A stretch of 64,000 nt of DNA from Dimorphilus gyrociliatus (Eukaryota > Animalia > Annelida). Of this stretch, positions 62,711 through 64,000 are shown piece by piece. The translations under genes were made by a program, and so were the position numbers. Location: the NCBI GenBank assembly GCA_904063045.1, contig CAJFCJ010000021.1, forward strand, positions 744,001 to 808,000. The letters run 5' to 3'. Every line of letters starts with the position of its first letter. The stretch's first letter is position 1. The notes below the pieces were generated by a model. The model made no database searches. It had not been told where the DNA came from and saw nothing but the letters and a program-made list of their open reading frames with translations.

Positions 62711-64000
62711 ACTCGAATTTGACGTCATCCAGACCTTTCTATTACCCCTAAATAATTATCAACTTCATTGTAAAATAATGTTTAGAAACTATAATTTTAG
62801 CAGAGAAATTATCACAACTAAATCTTAATGTATCGACCGCCATCTTAGAAATACAACGTAATAAAGGAGCAAATAGCTCAAATTATTAACGGTTATAATG
62901 TATAAATCTGACGAAGTTAAACATAACCATATAGGCTGAGAAGAAAATGAATGACAGCTATTTGGTTAATTACGTCAGAAGTTTTAAACGAATATTGTAA
63001 TTAAATGAAGTTTTAAAGAGATTATTTTCAAATCTTTGCCATTTAGATGACGCGTTTGTTACCTCTTGTTTCTATGCTAATATCTATTTGTAGTTATTAT
63101 CCCTTCTCATATAAAGAAAACAAAAACAGTTCTCACTCCTAGAAAGCTCAATAATTCGATTTTAATATCGCTATTCAATTAACAGAGAGAAATCTTCAAC
63201 TTGGCTTAGAAATTAGAGCATAACAAGTTGGTATACGATAACAGTTTCAATGTAAGGTTTTATATAAACTATACTTGTTTATATACATCTATGCAAATGT
63301 ATATATATATATATATATATATATATTCATACGTTATATAACTTCAGTTTTTTATGCGTATACCCTAGATAAACTATTTATTAATACAAATTATGGCCTA
63401 AAGTTAAACAAATAATTCTTAAAGCAATCAATTATACTTTCCTACTTGCGTATTTTCTCGATAAGAATAATGACGTAACGCAAAAGTTTATCTTTAAACA
63501 ATTGAAAATTGAAACTTTTAACTTTCATTTTAAGAAGAAATCCAAATTTATAAAGAATAAAATAAGAACATTCTATTGTTAATAAGCTTTATATTAAATA
63601 AAACCTTTACGTTGTTCTTTTTTCTACATCTATGAATATTTAATTATTTCATCATTCAAAATTCTCCACCTGTTATAATATACAAAGAGAACATTCGCAT
63701 AGTTTACCTTTATCTTCTTCACAAGTATTCCCTCTGTCGTTGCAGTAAACGAATGAAGTTTTAAATTTGAATTTACAACTGTAAATATACTATTTACTAT
63801 GCCACGAAAAAATAAGAGAAAGGAATAAGGTTGTTTTTCTTTAAATCAATGAAAAGCCAGAATTTTTCTTCTATCTCTCTTTATAAAGTTGGCTCTTGAA
63901 AAAAAAAACTGTTCACTATTATACGTAACAGTTATTCTTATCGTTTTAATCGTTTCAACCTCGAATGTCTGTGTAACTCAATCGTGTTTGAATAAGTATA

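Noticed and set aside
63630-63880. About 80-codon minus-strand open frame with exon-like splice sites near the window end
   Set aside because: No recognisable homology. It could be the tail of a gene beyond the window, but this is not supportable here.
1-64000. CRISPR arrays, tRNA/rRNA genes, prokaryotic operons, intact transposons
   Set aside because: None seen. Repeats are simple microsatellites, and the genes carry spliceosomal introns.

Overview
AT-rich, intron-containing animal genomic DNA with many 60-100 nt GT-AG introns and (TA)n microsatellites. It looks like a compact lophotrochozoan or annelid-type genome (inference from gene style only). No rRNA, tRNA or CRISPR array was seen. 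I reconstructed exons by hand for 16 genes. (1) 4.4-15.2 kb: ZMIZ1/Zimp10 (5' end not found in the window), with two tandem-duplicated alternative last exons and a probable internal CCAAT-array promoter. (2) 18-47.5 kb: an accessory block with a CYP2-clan P450, an intronless LRR-TM protein without TIR, an M14 carboxypeptidase with active-site substitutions, and a mirror-symmetric cluster SULT> GPCR> GPCR> <GPCR <SULT <SULT of bacterial-type (Sulfotransfer_3-like) sulfotransferases and intronless orphan rhodopsin GPCRs. (3) 48-62.5 kb: a dense conserved block with CRCP/RPC9, a highly divergent DOCK-like gene, NDUFA5, ARPC2, intronless RSPH14, and a uridine-cytidine kinase with several catalytic-motif substitutions. 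The best candidate for an undescribed system is the sulfotransferase-GPCR inverted cluster, possibly with the nearby P450. Its function is a hypothesis. All homology calls come from motif recognition, not database searches.
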